Shown here piece after piece: positions 28,801-42,210 of a stretch of 54,599 nucleotides of DNA; position 1 is the first letter of the stretch, and each line of letters starts with the position of its first letter. The stretch comes from Paramecium tetraurelia (taxonomy: Eukaryota), in NCBI GenBank assembly GCA_000165425.1, contig CT867994.1, positions 248,001 through 302,599 of the forward strand, given 5' to 3'. The notes beneath the pieces are model-generated. The model made no database searches and had not been told where the DNA came from. It was given only the letters and a program-made list of their open reading frames with translations. The position numbers and the translations under genes were made by a program.

Positions 28801-31031
28801 TTGGTGTTGCTGAATAAGTAAACAATAATTCATTTGGAATAGGTTCATAGAGAATGTTTGAACTTGCTTCTTATAGAGTTGTTATGGTGACCTTGACTTC
28901 TCCATTTCCAGATATCAAGTTGTTGGTGGCAACTTTAAAGTTACTTAATTCTTGGACTCCCTTTATTTAGACTTTCCAGATGTTTCCATCCTATGGAGTT
29001 CCTTCATTCCAAACTATGGGTCTGTATCCAGTGGTTGCTTCAATTGCATCAGCTAAAGCAGAGGCACTCAAATCAAATGGTAAATCAACTGAATTGCTCA
29101 CCTTCAAGTATTGTTCAATGCTGTCATAATCAACATAACTTAATTGGAATGTACCTTCTATTGGAGTAGAGGGAGTTACCAAAATGGCTGAGGCCTTACC
29201 AATAGCACTGTTAGCATTAGCAGTGATGTTGAATACAAATGATGGTTTGACTTACACTTTTCTGTATCTTTAGAATGTGATAACATATCTGAAACCAGCA
29301 AATGTGGTGGCTGTTTAGTCCAGTAATTCTTCACCAGCAGAATCCACTTTGGTGCTGGCAACTGTCACACTGTAAACTCCAATAGCATTAATGGCTGATG
29401 CAACTTGTTCAGCAGTGGCAAGAGTTGAAAGCCATCCTGTACTGTAAGAGAATGCTGGATTTGCAGTTGTACTTGCGAAGACCAACTGATATTGTCCTGA
29501 GAGTTTAGTGTCTGCCAAAGAGTTAAACACCTTGTATTCGACTTCCTCCTTGATTGGATTGTATGAGGTTGAAATACTGTAAAGAGCACCTACTGAGTAT
29601 TCAGTGAATGTTTCGTCCTCGATTTCTACTGATACAGTGACATATCCTGGACCAGCACCATTGGTATGATTGATTTGTAGTTGATAGTATTGGCCCTCTT
29701 CAAGAGTGATGTAATCTGATATAGAATTCACTGGGGTGCTAGAAAATTCACTTTGCCAGTAGTTTCTATATCCTGATAGATTGTTTTCGGCAATCAATTC
29801 TAATTTCGAATTATCGATTGATGATGGATTTTTATTCAACTCAACAGTGGCTCTGTCGTCTGAGGCTACGTAGAATCTATAGGATCCTGTCTTTGGAGCC
29901 TTGAAGAATCCTTTGAACTATTCGTTGTAGTAACTTCCATAAACATTTTGGACATCTGGTTCACCAATAAAGTCATTCTGATAAACAGTGTTTCCCCACC
30001 ATCTCTTATATCTAAGACCGCTTCCATCTGCATAGGCTTCCTAACCGTGGATGGTGATGTTGAAGAATTTAACTGTGATGGTTGATCCGTCATTTCCAAC
30101 AACTGCTGTGTTTTTCAATTGGAGTTATCCTCCGACATAGACTCTGACTTAACAGGTACCATATCCGAATCCAAGACCATATATACTCAACATACCTCCT
30201 TTCTTGGACAACACCTTGGTGCTCAAACCTGTAATGACTGGGAGGATGATTGATTGATAAGTGTCTGTGGTTGTGGTATATTATTATGATACTGACACAC
30301 TATTTTGTTGATTACCATTGACTGTAGTTATGTAGATTGGGTAGATGCCAGCTATGCCATCAGTGGGTACTTAACATTTAATAATGTCATCATTGGCATC
30401 AATGTCTGATTAAGAAGATTAGCTTCTATCACAAATTTAATTGTCAAATTAAATCTATAATTGTGCACTTGACAAAGAGCTAACCAAGAATTTACCTCTG
30501 AAAAAGGTCCATTGACTGGGGTAGTTAACTCTTGGACTTACAAAATAAAGTTGGCTTGTCAAAGATTTCAAATAAGTAAAGTAACAATAGACGCCTGCAG
30601 TGCATGTAGAATCTGCAGATCCTGTCACTTTGATTACGATTGGGAGTGATCCAAGACTATGGTCGTCTGGCTTGACTTGAGAGGTAACACAAATGATTGA
30701 CAACCCTGAAACACCATTTTCAGGCACTATGCAAGGGTATGTTCCTACAAACACTGCATTTTTAGAGACAGTAGTACTCAATCCAGATGCCTAATAGTAG
30801 TTTAAAAATAAATTACTTGGATGTATAAGGTTGTTCCTCCAGCCAACGAACCTTGAGGGATGGCAGCTGATGTGGGACGGCAAGATGCGCTTGTAATGAT
30901 CACAGGAACTACGGTTTTAGGTTTAGTTGTAGTCTTGGTTTAGGCTTGAACTAATAAATATGTATTTGGTAATTCTTACTCTCTGCCACGAAATAAATGA
31001 AGAATAATGCTAAAGAAAGATATTTTTACAT
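19836..31031 (-). CDS. Giant type-I membrane protein, fibrocystin-L/PKHD1L1-like (IPT/TIG repeats, PA14, F5/8-type-C-like, two G8 domains, parallel beta-helix repeats), ~3,700 aa
   Basis: Signal peptide MQKYLSLALFFIYFVAE; TIG motifs GSLAGGTTLYI, GSEAGGTRIKINGFNF; PA14-like KGFFKAPKTGSYRFYVASDDRA; F5/8-like WVQIDFG...GAKFQYSTDG; G8 starts RWSDIKTWGG (~25470) and KWSDVSIWPNGKLP (~23056); AAFWITNPKNTF beta-helix; TM NILLISVICAVGGVVLISLIISGALW; three introns seen (~30951-30979, ~30792-30816, ~20724-20748); ends VQYNI-TGA. Confidence 0.9.
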
Positions 31032-31323
31032 GTAAAATAAATTAATTATTGATTATATGGTGTTGATCAATCCCTTAAATACTCAACGAATCATATTTTT
31101 TATAAATTTAGATTCGTTTTTTTCTAGATTAGTCTCAATCAAATGAATCCATATCAGTAATTAATAATTAATGTAATTGGTATTCCTCCTGCGAATATTT
31201 GCACTTCCTCCAAACTTAGTAGGATTCTCATTACTGAATTGATTTTTCAAGGTTTTATCATAATCCAAATTAATTCGAGTGATCAATTTTCAACGTTTTT
31301 ACATTTATATATATATCAAATAT

Positions 31324-34300
31324 TCATGATTTATCTAACCTCTTCAAGGGTCTATCCTTGTCGTGACTTTTCTTCTTTTTGGGTACTTGTCTACTTTCTG
31401 TTTTGTTATTTGGATTTCTTCTTTCCTCTGAATGTTCCTTGTGATTGTATTCCTCATGCTCCCCATCGCCTGCTTTCCCCACTGATTTCATTTTTTCCTA
31501 ATTTGGCGCCTACTTTTTTGAGTCGTGGGCAGTGCTAGTCAAGTTAGTCTTGGGAGCATAAACTGGTAGAGTGTTGATTTTATCTTCAATATGGAAATTC
31601 TTGATCTAAGTTTTGATGTCCTGAATGTGACCGTAGTCCTTCTCCACATCTTATAAATATATTTTAATATATTCAGCCACTTGCTGAGTCGGAGGAAAAA
31701 TATCTTAAACTCTTTTCAAAAATATCAAGGCATTCCGAACCTAACCCATAACCATTACTACATACCTGAGTCTCATTATTTTTCAAAATTCGTATGAACT
31801 GGGCCATCTTGAAAAAAATGTTTTAAATTATATACTGTTTCTCCCTGTCGTAACCATCGATTGAGGTGTCAAAGTAGTTTCTCAAGTCGTTCTTGAACTT
31901 AGTCTCGTCATTCCAATTCGCATACGGTATGATCAGTTACTACATAAATATGCTCAGATTCGAGGCCTCCTCTTCAGTTGCACACTGCAAATATGTAAAC
32001 GTGAAATAGATGATCTCCTTGGGTACATAGAAGGTGTAAGTGTATCTAGGTTTCCCAATCTTCAACATTTTTTGTACAAACTTCGCACAATATATTGCTT
32101 CCGCAGGATCTATCAGAATCCTCGGTAACAAACAAACTTATGATAGACATTAAGCAAATTTGATATGATAATTCTCCTTCGCTTGATCAGCCTCCTTGAA
32201 ACTAAACACATGTTTCTTGTCTCTCAAACACTTGTCGAATTACTCCTGTCGTTTTTTGTTGTTGTCCAACTCATTCTGCAATTTATCAAATGCTTTTTAA
32301 TGCTGTTTGCTCTGCCTGTCCTTCGTATCCGGATTCTTGTTGATGTTCTCCTGCAGCCACTTCAACTATTAGTCATAAATCGCCTATGGCACATAAATAT
32401 TATCCAAACTCAACAGCCAAAATATCGCAAACAACTCGGGATTTATAATCGTCCACAAGATGTCCTTCACATAAGTATGACATATCAATGGCAATTGCTG
32501 AACCTATTGATTGTTTATGTCCGGATTGATGCACATCACCTTAGGATCAATCTTATCGTAGATGTTCTTGATGTTGTCCACCTCCTCCTGAAACTCCTCC
32601 TCACTCATATTATACAAACTTTTGTAACTGTATCTCACAATATGGAATGCAATCTCAAAAGGCAATTTGAAATCGATCACCATCCTCTCTAGTGGATTCT
32701 CAGGGAATAGCTAGGCATAATGAGTTGGCTTGTCAGTTTAAAACAACAAGCATTTGGTGAGTTGATTGATGCTGCAAGTGAAGTTATCATACAATGCAAC
32801 CAAAGGTTTCAAATTTTGATTATGATAATTCAAAATGAATCTCGATCTCTATTAACACAAAACCACCAGCATCAAAAATGCCAGCGAAACTACCTCTTCC
32901 TGATTATTTTGATTCAGGATTCTCTGTGAATTTATGGTTTACGACCAAAAGAACTGTTCCAAAGCACTAGAACTTTTTCTAGACCTCCTAAACTCGTTAG
33001 TTTACGAAGTAGTTTCAAGCTAAATGTACCTTCCTCCTGCCAAAGCTTATATTTATTAAGGTGTCAGATCCTCAATGTGGACTATTCCTGTCATCTTTTC
33101 AATCAATTCCCTCAATATGAGAATTTCTGGTTTTATGATGGATTCGTTCTTACTTATTGAGGGATTGCTTTGATCAGTAGAAAATACATCAATCAAATAA
33201 GCAAACAACCCTTGCATATCAATAGTATAATATTTTCTTAGTACACTTGCTATGAATTATGCAATATTCTTAAACCAATATCTGCATTCTATGTCTTTGT
33301 CTCGAACTTTGGATTCATCATTGAAATCACAAAGCCATTGTATCATTATAAACTACAATATGTCCAAAGATAAAGGAGTTGCCAACCCTAAAGTGTGAAC
33401 AATCACTGAATTATTATCTGGTATTTCTAATCTGTTTCTCCTTAAAACATTCATTACGATCATTGGTTGGTTGTGAGATAGTTTAGCGAACTTCACCATC
33501 ATTTTATCCTTGTTATCTTTATCAATCTTATTAAAAAAGCTTCTAATGTGTTCTTTAGTAAGTTGAGCAGCTCTGATTGTCTGGTTGATGGTAGAAAATT
33601 AATGGATGTCTTTCCATTTTGAATAACAATCAAATCTCTTACGAAAGTCCAATTGTCCCAAGTATTTCCATAGTTCTATTACAATAGGTAAACATTCTCC
33701 ACTTTGGACAGCTGGAATCAAGTGATCAAGAATCAGAGGTTGGACATCAGGATTTTAGGATGATATTAACACTTTAGACAGCTTGTGAAATACTAAAGGA
33801 TACTCACCAATATATGGGGAAAATATTGATAAGATCTCATTCAATATGGATATTGCATCTTCGTCAATAACTTCTAGCTGTTTTATTTAGAAGGCTGTAG
33901 TACAATCTGGATCATATATAAACTAGGTTGAGTAATTAGTATAATTACTTTCTTTTGTTCTCTAGATCTACTCTTGAATAGAGTTTTGTTATATAATTAC
34001 TCATGTAATGGATCGATCATCCAATCAATCAAATCTGCCAGAGTTCTTTTGATTGGTAGGAATATTGTAAAGTCTACTATTCCTTCAAAAGATTTATAGA
34101 GCTCCTGAAATATATTGAAAGCATTGATATGGATTAATCCTTGCATCAACCACAATTTTTAATTGTCTAATTTAAATATAAATTAAAAATACATAGTTAT
34201 TGTCCAAATAAGTCTTTCTTCAATTTTTCTGATTGGTCATTGTTGTTTCTTGAATCTCTCAATTCCTCAACTTACATGACTTAATCAAACGATTTGTAAA

Positions 34301-35301
34301 ATTTATAACTGTCTTCTGCTAGATCTTCAAAAATCTTAGAGAAATCTTGGTCATTTGGTTACAAGTATTTCCAAATGTTTCCAAGTTCAAATAGTTTGTA
34401 CTTCAAGGCAGTTGCTGTGATGATGATCAATTTGTGATCTGGAATTTTCTAATCAGTTTGCATAACTTAAGCTGAATTAGCCATTTTAGTCATCAATATG
34501 CTTATGTTGTTATTGTTGGAGAGGGTTTAAACGATTGACTCGAATCGTTTACCTAAGAATTGGCAAACGGAGATGCATTTGAATTATTTAAGAATTTTCA
34601 CATAGGATAAACTGTAGGGGTATTCAGTCCAACTTTGAATTATGATGTCAACCACTCTGTCAGGGTCTAGATCAAAATATCCAATCAGATGTATTATGTT
34701 TTCGATTCTTTATTTAATTTCCTCGTCGTATATATGAGTGTGTTTTGCTGCATCCAAAATTTCAACCATCAATTTGCTATATCCTTCATTTTCATCCTTC
34801 ATTGACCAAAACTTATTTTGACAAAAATTGATATCTGTGTTTATTTTCCTCTTTCTTTGTGAAAAAGTATCTTATTAAACAAATCCACATTCCCACAATA
34901 CTTCTTCATCGAAGTTGTCAAAGAAAACCTACTTTTAAGTTTAAGTCAATCTTTCCGCCAAACTTTGCATTAGCTATATTAAAAGTTTTCTTGAATCAGA
35001 CGATTATTAAATAACCATTGTACACAAATAGAGATTTTCTAAAAGAATAGTAAAAGAGGCTTCATTTTACTAATCAATAATTTAAATAGGATTACTTGAA
35101 TATTTCTGAGGAATTGAATTACTTTGTCAAATGGAATTTTTTGCTTCAAATAAAAGTCGGACAAATATTGATAAATGAATTTATTCTTCCTTCTTGGATC
35201 GCTCACGGTGAAATAATTTATCGTTCTAAACGCATTATTCCAATGAATTACCTATCTACATCATTTATTAATTCTTAAGTGATCACTAATATATCACTCA
35301 T
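31324..35301 (-). CDS. THOC2: THO complex subunit 2 (TREX mRNA export)
   Basis: Signature motifs CQNKFWSMKDENEGYSKL, LIGYFDLDPDRVVDII, LPRILIDPAEAIYCAKF, CATEEEASNLSIF; start MSDILVITQELIND at 35301, several tiny introns, charged tail ending RLDKS-TGA. Confidence 0.9.
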
Positions 35302-35340
35302 TAATATAATTTTAATATATAAATAAATAAATTAATTTTA

Positions 35341-36921
35341 TCATTTCAATGCTGAGGCAAGTAATACTTCTGCATCTCTAAATCTTTAGTTCATCGAAGA
35401 ACAATTTAAAACAACAATTATCGCCTCCAAATTATCATTCTTGTAATATCCCGTGAAACAAGGTCCAGCATTAGGAGTAACCCCAGTCTTCACTCCCATC
35501 CAACCAGACTTCTTCAGTAACTTGTTCGTATTTTTCCATTTGTACAAAGTCGACTTGCCTCCTTTATCAGTCAGAGCATGAGTCTTAAATATTTTTGTCG
35601 TTATGATCTCGAGGAATACATCCAACTAAATGCACTTCTCTATCAATTTACTATTGTTTTTATAGAACAAAGCAAGTACCTTATATCATGAGGACACGAG
35701 ACATTCTTCTCATCATTCAAACCATGGACAGAAGAATAATTAGTATTCTCCATCTTGATCGAACTGGCATGTTTGTTCATTTGATCAAGGAACGTGTGTT
35801 TGAGTAACTTCTTGTTTCTTTCAATCTGCGGCTCGATGTCGATGATTGTGCCTTTCAAGTGTCTATTATATTGATAAACCTCGGTCTTTTGCAATATCAT
35901 CAAGTAGGCTATAGTGAAACTCAGAACAAGTGCTGCATCATTCCCAGAAGGCAACATAAGAGCGAATAACAATTGTTTGATTGTTAATATGCCTCCTGCA
36001 TTTAGAAAGGCACTAGTTCCATCAATGCATTCAGCATGGCCTGGAATTTTTATTTTTATTTATTCAGGCTCAAATATTGTATTCTTTTAAATACGTTAAT
36101 GTGGTGTAACAAGTCATGATTTTTGTGATACTGGCCATTTCCCCTTTTTGAAACTCCTGCCATCCAACCGATTTATTAAAACATTTCTCATTCTTTTGTT
36201 TCGTGAACATGACCCATCTTTTAGCACTTACTTTATGCTTAATAGAGGGAATAGCTTAATGAACTGATAAAGATACAGTTAGTTTGTTTGGGAATATTTT
36301 TTTGGCCATCAGACTAGTTGCAGTTTTTATTACTTTCTGGGGCTACCTCTAGGCTAATTGAGATTCTACTAATTTTTATCGACTATTAAAACTTACTAGA
36401 TTAAGGTTCTTTCTGTTAACTCTATGCATAAACTCTCATCCTTTCCCTTATCAATTGAGCAGGCAAGTTAGGCAAAGTAGGTTAAGGATTTATTGAAATT
36501 TGTTGTTCTGAAAATTCATCAGATTGAATCGTTTGTCCATTCGCCTACTTGTACCTTTTCTCCTCCTGTGCAATCACATGCAAGGCATCCAAGTAAGTGT
36601 CCACGAATACGTACTCAGATTAGTTCTCATATCTCCTCTATATCCATAAATAAAACTGTATACTACATTAGCTTTTTTAATAGGATCATTTAGCATACAC
36701 TAAGCCTCATGTACATAAAATTTTAAAATATGAGGAGATCTTTTCGGAGATGCTTTAATTTTTGCACTCTGCAATCCTCTAACCTTCAACTCAGGAAGTG
36801 GAATGTTTTGACCATCATTGAGTTGATTGCATCCACTTGTGTTGGCCATTTGAGAGTGAACGCTTTTTCGATGAAATTTTGATAAGGAAGCCGAGAATGC
36901 ATCTTTAGGTTTCGCATTCAT
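35341..36921 (-). CDS. Serine-type D-Ala-D-Ala carboxypeptidase homologue (peptidase S11, PBP5/DacA fold) with long low-complexity N-terminus
   Basis: All three PBP motifs in order: SxxK (EMASITKIMT, ~36132), SxN (ALMLPSGNDAA, ~35945), KTG (GVKTGVTPNAGPC, ~35485), plus NYSSVHGL; ciliate code; TGA 35343-35341. Confidence 0.9.
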
Positions 36922-37217
36922 ATTACAATATTAAATATTATGAAGTAAAAATTATGTTAAACACAAGATTTTCACCCTAAAGAATTTTTTATGAATAGAA
37001 TGAGCTTCAACATTCTTGAAATTGTAGCCAAGTCATTTAAAAGTAATATAATTAGAGATTTTATAATCAAAATAATATTTTTACTGCTTAAATCGACAAA
37101 CATAAAATTAGATGACAATTCAATAAATGATTTCAAATTTTGGAGACTTTAAGCAATTGAATCACTTCTTTTTTTTAAAGAAATAAAATTTCTATTCGAT
37201 TTTTTTTGATAGATTGG

Positions 37218-38615
37218 ATGGCAAAAATAATGCTCATTGATATATAATAACCTGAAATTTGTTGCTTTGTTTGTTAGATTAAAGTTGTAGAATTATTGAG
37301 ATGCTCACAATTCAAATCATTATATTACTGTTCAAAGAATGCTAAAAGTAAGGATTGGAAACAACATAAGTCTATTTGTTCTGAAATACAATTACAATTA
37401 TAACGAGAAAAACAAAGAGCAGAAAGAAGGTATAAGGGAAGAAAGATATTGAAGACCTTGCTGATTTTTAGACTGTCCTACAGGGAAAATTTTCTGTAAT
37501 CTTTCGGGTTAGGGATATTGAAGCCAATTAATTTTTTGCTTTAAAGTAGATTAATAAAAGAAGGTTTACCTAAGTAAACAAGGAGAAAGATTTATTCATG
37601 GAAAAACATTGTTTAGGCAAACTTGCTGACTGCCCTTATGTTATTAATATTTTATTCAACCTTTCAGGATGCTGAAAATCTATACATGTAAATGCAGTAT
37701 GTTGAAGGTGGAGAATTGTAGCCACTAGTTAAAAATTTTGGAGCTTAAGCTTTTCCTCTTTGTCTTTACTATATAACTGAATTAATCAAAGGTAATTATG
37801 AAAATGAGGATAGCCATAAATTCCATTCATAAGCTTGGGACTGTACATAGAGACATAAAAAGTGAAAACTTGCTGTTAACTTAAGAGAAATAAATAAATT
37901 TGATTGATTATTTGGTACTGCAAGAGATATGAATCATCCCACAATCGAAGGGAATGGAAATGGAAGAGAAGGTAACAAAATGGTTAAATATAATTATAGG
38001 AAAATAAATCAGGAAACATTTTGTGTGAACTCCATACTTTATGGCTCCTTAATGCATTAGAAATAAAGATTCCAATGAAAAATCAGATATATATTCCTTA
38101 GAAATCCTGTTCTATTATATAGTTTTGGTAAGTACCCCTTTGATGGAAAGAGTGAATACCTTATTTTTAAATAAGCAACTGAAGAAGAACTCAAATTTCC
38201 AGATGGATGAATTGATAATGAATAGTTTAGGAGCCTTATTAGGAGTATGATGCAAAAGGATCCATTAGACAGATCAAGTTTAGCAGAAATAATGCAGGAT
38301 CAGTTGTGGGGCGAGAATTTTGATTGGAAGGCTCCACAAGGTATGATTGATATTTCTAATAAGACTATTAGACCATTTTTAATAGTTTGAATGAAATTGA
38401 TAATTTACCTATAATTTAGGATTAGAATTAAATAGTGCTTTAAAGTTGAATCATTGTGTTGGTCTGAAGTAAGAGGCTGATAGGGAATTTTGAAATATGG
38501 AAAATTAATGAAAGATGAAAATTACTAAAAATGAGTTGATTATATGAAGTAAGTAGTGGAATAAGATCTGAAAGAGATGAAAGAGGATAAGGAAAAGCCT
38601 TTATATTTTGTTTGA
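37218..38615 (+). pseudogene. Disrupted MYND-finger plus AGC (PDK1-like) protein kinase gene
   Basis: CFVC...RCSQFKSLYYCSKE(C)...WKQHKSIC (MYND; one Cys replaced by Phe). Kinase motifs FSTFQDAENLY, VEGGEL, HRDIKSENLL, FDGKSEYLIF. Lesions: 2-nt insertion in DFG (gatTAtttggt, 37906-37916), TGA replacing Gly in FVGT (38026-38028), APE changed to APQ. Confidence 0.82.
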
Positions 38616-38646
38616 ATATATGAAAATACGATTTACAAAAAGAGAA

Positions 38647-39502
38647 TCACTATATTCTAAATTGCTTTCTTTGATTTGAGAGGGATTTAACTTTCTAATC
38701 AAGTTGCTGAGCTTCTTATCTGATTTAGACATAATTTTTAACAAGCTTTTCGTTTTACAAATATAATTTTTCCAACAATTATAGTTATTGATCCGTGTTA
38801 CCAAATTAATAAAATTTATGTCTTTAAACTCTACTGTTTTCGATGATGGAAAATAAGGATTGTCTTAGACTGTTTAATTCTTAATTATCACTCTTTTGAT
38901 AACTTTCATTTTGCAGTTGTTATTGTTGAGCCTTGAATTTTGCATATCTATTTTGTGATTGTTCGTAGTTCGATTAAACTTTATCAATAATTTCTATCTT
39001 AATTTAATTTTAGGGGAGATTAGTATGCAATTTGATTTGGTTTGACAACTCCTCTTCTTCTTCGAATTATGTTGAAACGATTAATGAATTTTTGGAAACC
39101 ATATTGGAAATTGATCGAGTTCGCTTATACTCAATTTAAAATTACTTTTGAAGTTAACTTGGTTTATGGTTCCAATTTATTTTAACTTAATGAGCTTTTA
39201 CGTTTGTTTTCTGTGATGAATCTATGATGTTTGTATTTTACACTATTGTAGGATAACTTTTTGATGAGCTCAGTTGTTTGTTAATTGAGTACTGAAACAT
39301 TTTTTGCATTATTTTTTTGATTTGTGGCACTTGGAGATCTTGATTGCTTGATTGAGGGTAATTTTAGGTGTTTGTAAATTTAAGGAGATATCAAATGATT
39401 TGATTATAACGGCGACAAATTTTATCTAGTATTCCTAACTTCAACTGAACGGTCGATACATATTCGAATTCTGTTATTGTTTGAATCTTATCTCCTTTGC
39501 AT
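38647..39502 (-). CDS. Hypothetical protein (~275 aa, basic N-terminus, coiled-coil C-terminus)
   Basis: MQRRQDSNNNRIRICIDRS...; open frame if a 22-nt GT-AG intron (~39124-39145) is removed; ends RKQFRIQ-TGA. Confidence 0.6.
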
Positions 39503-39593
39503 TAAATATTTATTATTAAAAAAATATACTTTTTTTTCAGTCAATCACCAATAAGTGAGACCTGGCTATCTAAACAAACAATATTTAGTTATC

Positions 39594-40897
39594 ATGAGAT
39601 TGAATGAATTAATAAAAGTTATTTTAATAAAAAGGCATCACTCTATTAAAGAAACTAATTTCAGAATGTGAAATCCTATAAGAATATTTAGGATAGCCCA
39701 GAGATTAGTCATGATTATATTATTCGCTCATCATCAATTTGTCTTATAGATAGTAATTTGCCAACACTTCTGAATCTACTATTTTCTTTACACATTCATA
39801 TAGGTTACTTAAACCATCTTTGAAAGGTAACTATTTGAAATATAATAGTGTAGCCATAACAACTACTAAAGAATATGTTTCATCAAAAAAAATAAAGCAG
39901 ATAAGAAATTAAATTGGTAGATCTGAAGAAGTTTAATTCCTTTTCAAAAGAAACTAAAGTGCCTTAAAATCTAAAAACTATCAAGAAGGTGCCAGAAATA
40001 ATTGATAACTTAACCAAATAATTATAATTATACTTTAAATTTGATTTCTCTTTTAGTTTAGAAAAAGCCTACCCGAATTTATTTATGATGCTTGCTAATC
40101 AGAACCAGATTTGATAACGAGATGAGGAAGGATAAGTATGACCCTTGCCTATTTTGGTGCAAAATGGGGTAAAGGAGTCTAATACTGATCAGATGGTTCT
40201 TACTATGAAGGCTATTGGAAAGATAATAATAAAATGGGAAGGGAAGACTTATCCACGTGGAGGGAGATGTTTATGAAGGAGATTGGAAGGATGACAATGT
40301 GCATGGCTATGTAAGTATATTACTGACTACATTATGGCAAGTTAACTACGTCAAGTGGTGGATATTATGTAGGATAATGGATTAATGACAAATAGAATGG
40401 TTAAGGCAAAGAACTATGGCAAGATGGAGCAAATTTTTAGGGAAATTATGTTGATGGAATAAAATTCGGTTAAGGGATATACACAGTTGCATATGGTTCT
40501 TAATATGTGGGAGAGTTTGCAGATAATCGCTTTTGCGAATATGGAACATAAAATGCTCAGGTGGGACTAGATATGCAGGGTAATGGAAGTAAAATAAATA
40601 AGCGGATATGGGGTAAAAATATTTAAATTTACTCCAAGGAATTTTATTAGAATGATGAATCTAAATAAGTTGGAGAATTCTTTAATGATTTAAGAGATGG
40701 ATATGGCACTTTCTATTACGGCCATGGAAGAGTAATTATTTAGAATATTATTATATATTTATAAAGGGTAACGGAAAAATGGAAAATGATATGGAAATGG
40801 AACTTATATTGGAAAAAAAATATTGAAAAATAGAGCAAATGGTAAAATGGAGTATTTGATATTTGGGAGAAATAATATACAAACTCAACTGCTGGGG
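39594..40897 (+). pseudogene. Degenerate MORN-repeat protein gene
   Basis: [72 protein letters not shown], with frameshifts (e.g. ~40230, ~40550). Ends are approximate. Confidence 0.7.
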
Positions 40898-41081
40898 ATA
40901 ATTCTTTATTTCATTGAGTTGTTTTTTCGAATTTATATTATGCTATAAATAAATCCTGTTAAATTTGAATTTTTGGAATAAAAAGTATTTTTGAAATAAA
41001 TTATTTTCAGATTTTGAATCTAATTTAGCTATTTGATAAAATAATTTATATAATTTCAATTTTAAAAATTTGAAACCTCAA

Positions 41082-42210
41082 ATGCTGATGAGATAAGAAA
41101 TATAATAGATGCTGTTTACTTTATGGACTCATGAATAAGCAACCACCTTTTACTGGATGGAGAGAGAGAAGATCAGCTTATGATCTAAAAATAATGGATG
41201 AAAAACTTACCATCCGTTATTGGGATTAAGACAATATAAGAGCTTGGGCTATAAAATCCAAGAATAATAATGGAATTCGAAGCTGATGAAGAGAGTGGGT
41301 CTCAGCATATATATCATTATTTAGAAAAATAAAAGAAAAAATTGGTTAAGTGGATTTAGTGATCGCTTTGGATGCCAGTTGTGAGAGCTATGATAGAAAA
41401 TGGGTTACAACTACATTGAGAGGAATAGTTGTTGGTACAGTCACAGTTCAAGTATTAAATGAAGTGTTGATGCATTCCATTTCCTTTAGAATTTTAGATA
41501 ACTTTTATATAGAATTGAAAATCTATAGACTGGAGATGTAGTTGATGATTTTCAAGTTATTATTCCTGGAGAACAATATTTAGAGGGCTAAAAAACTGCA
41601 GAAGTCTTTAAAGAAGTGATTACTAAATTCCCATTCCATAAAAATACTTAGCCTGTTTATCAGGACCATTTAGCATATTTGAATAAAATATGGAGGGCGT
41701 AGTTATTAGTAATCGGCAGAGATGATTTGCCTGTTTCCTACTCTGCTGAAAATGTTATAACACCTAAAACCACTCTGAAATTATCATTACGACTACTAAA
41801 AATCACTTAGAAGCAAAATAATGCTTTGTTAAATCAGTATATATTGAAATTTTTATTCTTTAATTAACCACAAATTTTCCATATAATGCTTCCCTCACAA
41901 TCACTGGTTTAAGTTTAGGTTCAGGATTTAATGCTTTAAACAATCAGCCTTATTTAGATTCAATTATTAATTAAAAATCACTCAATTATTATGGGAATGA
42001 ATTATACACTTTTGGAAACGGAGAGTTATTTATTTGATGACTCATTTATAAGCCATTCATCCTAAGGTTTCTTTCTTAATTATTGTAGTTTTAGGTACAC
42101 GCGCTAATGAACATTGGCCTAACGAATGCTCAGATTTACCCAATATTAAGAAACTTATAAGTTGCAATATCAAATTCATATCAGAAGTTTAACCTCATAT
42201 CATAAAATTA
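41082..42210 (+). pseudogene. Degenerate M20-family (ArgE/DapE-like) peptidase gene
   Basis: LLYGLMNKQPPFTGWRE (family YGHxDKQP with metal-site residues altered), FEADEESGS, DLVIALD...WVTTTLRG, NEHWPNE (family NAHGPNE); the GRGxxDD segment is missing and frames shift. Ends are approximate. Confidence 0.75.

Noticed and set aside
32165..32929. Plus-strand 175-aa and 69-aa ORFs
   Set aside because: Antisense to THOC2; no independent domain signal.
37906..37916. Extra TA inside the kinase DFG codons as an IES excision footprint
   Set aside because: The alignment is ambiguous (TA or AT insertion), and precise IES excision restores a pre-existing TA rather than adding one; ordinary slippage in a pseudogene is simpler.
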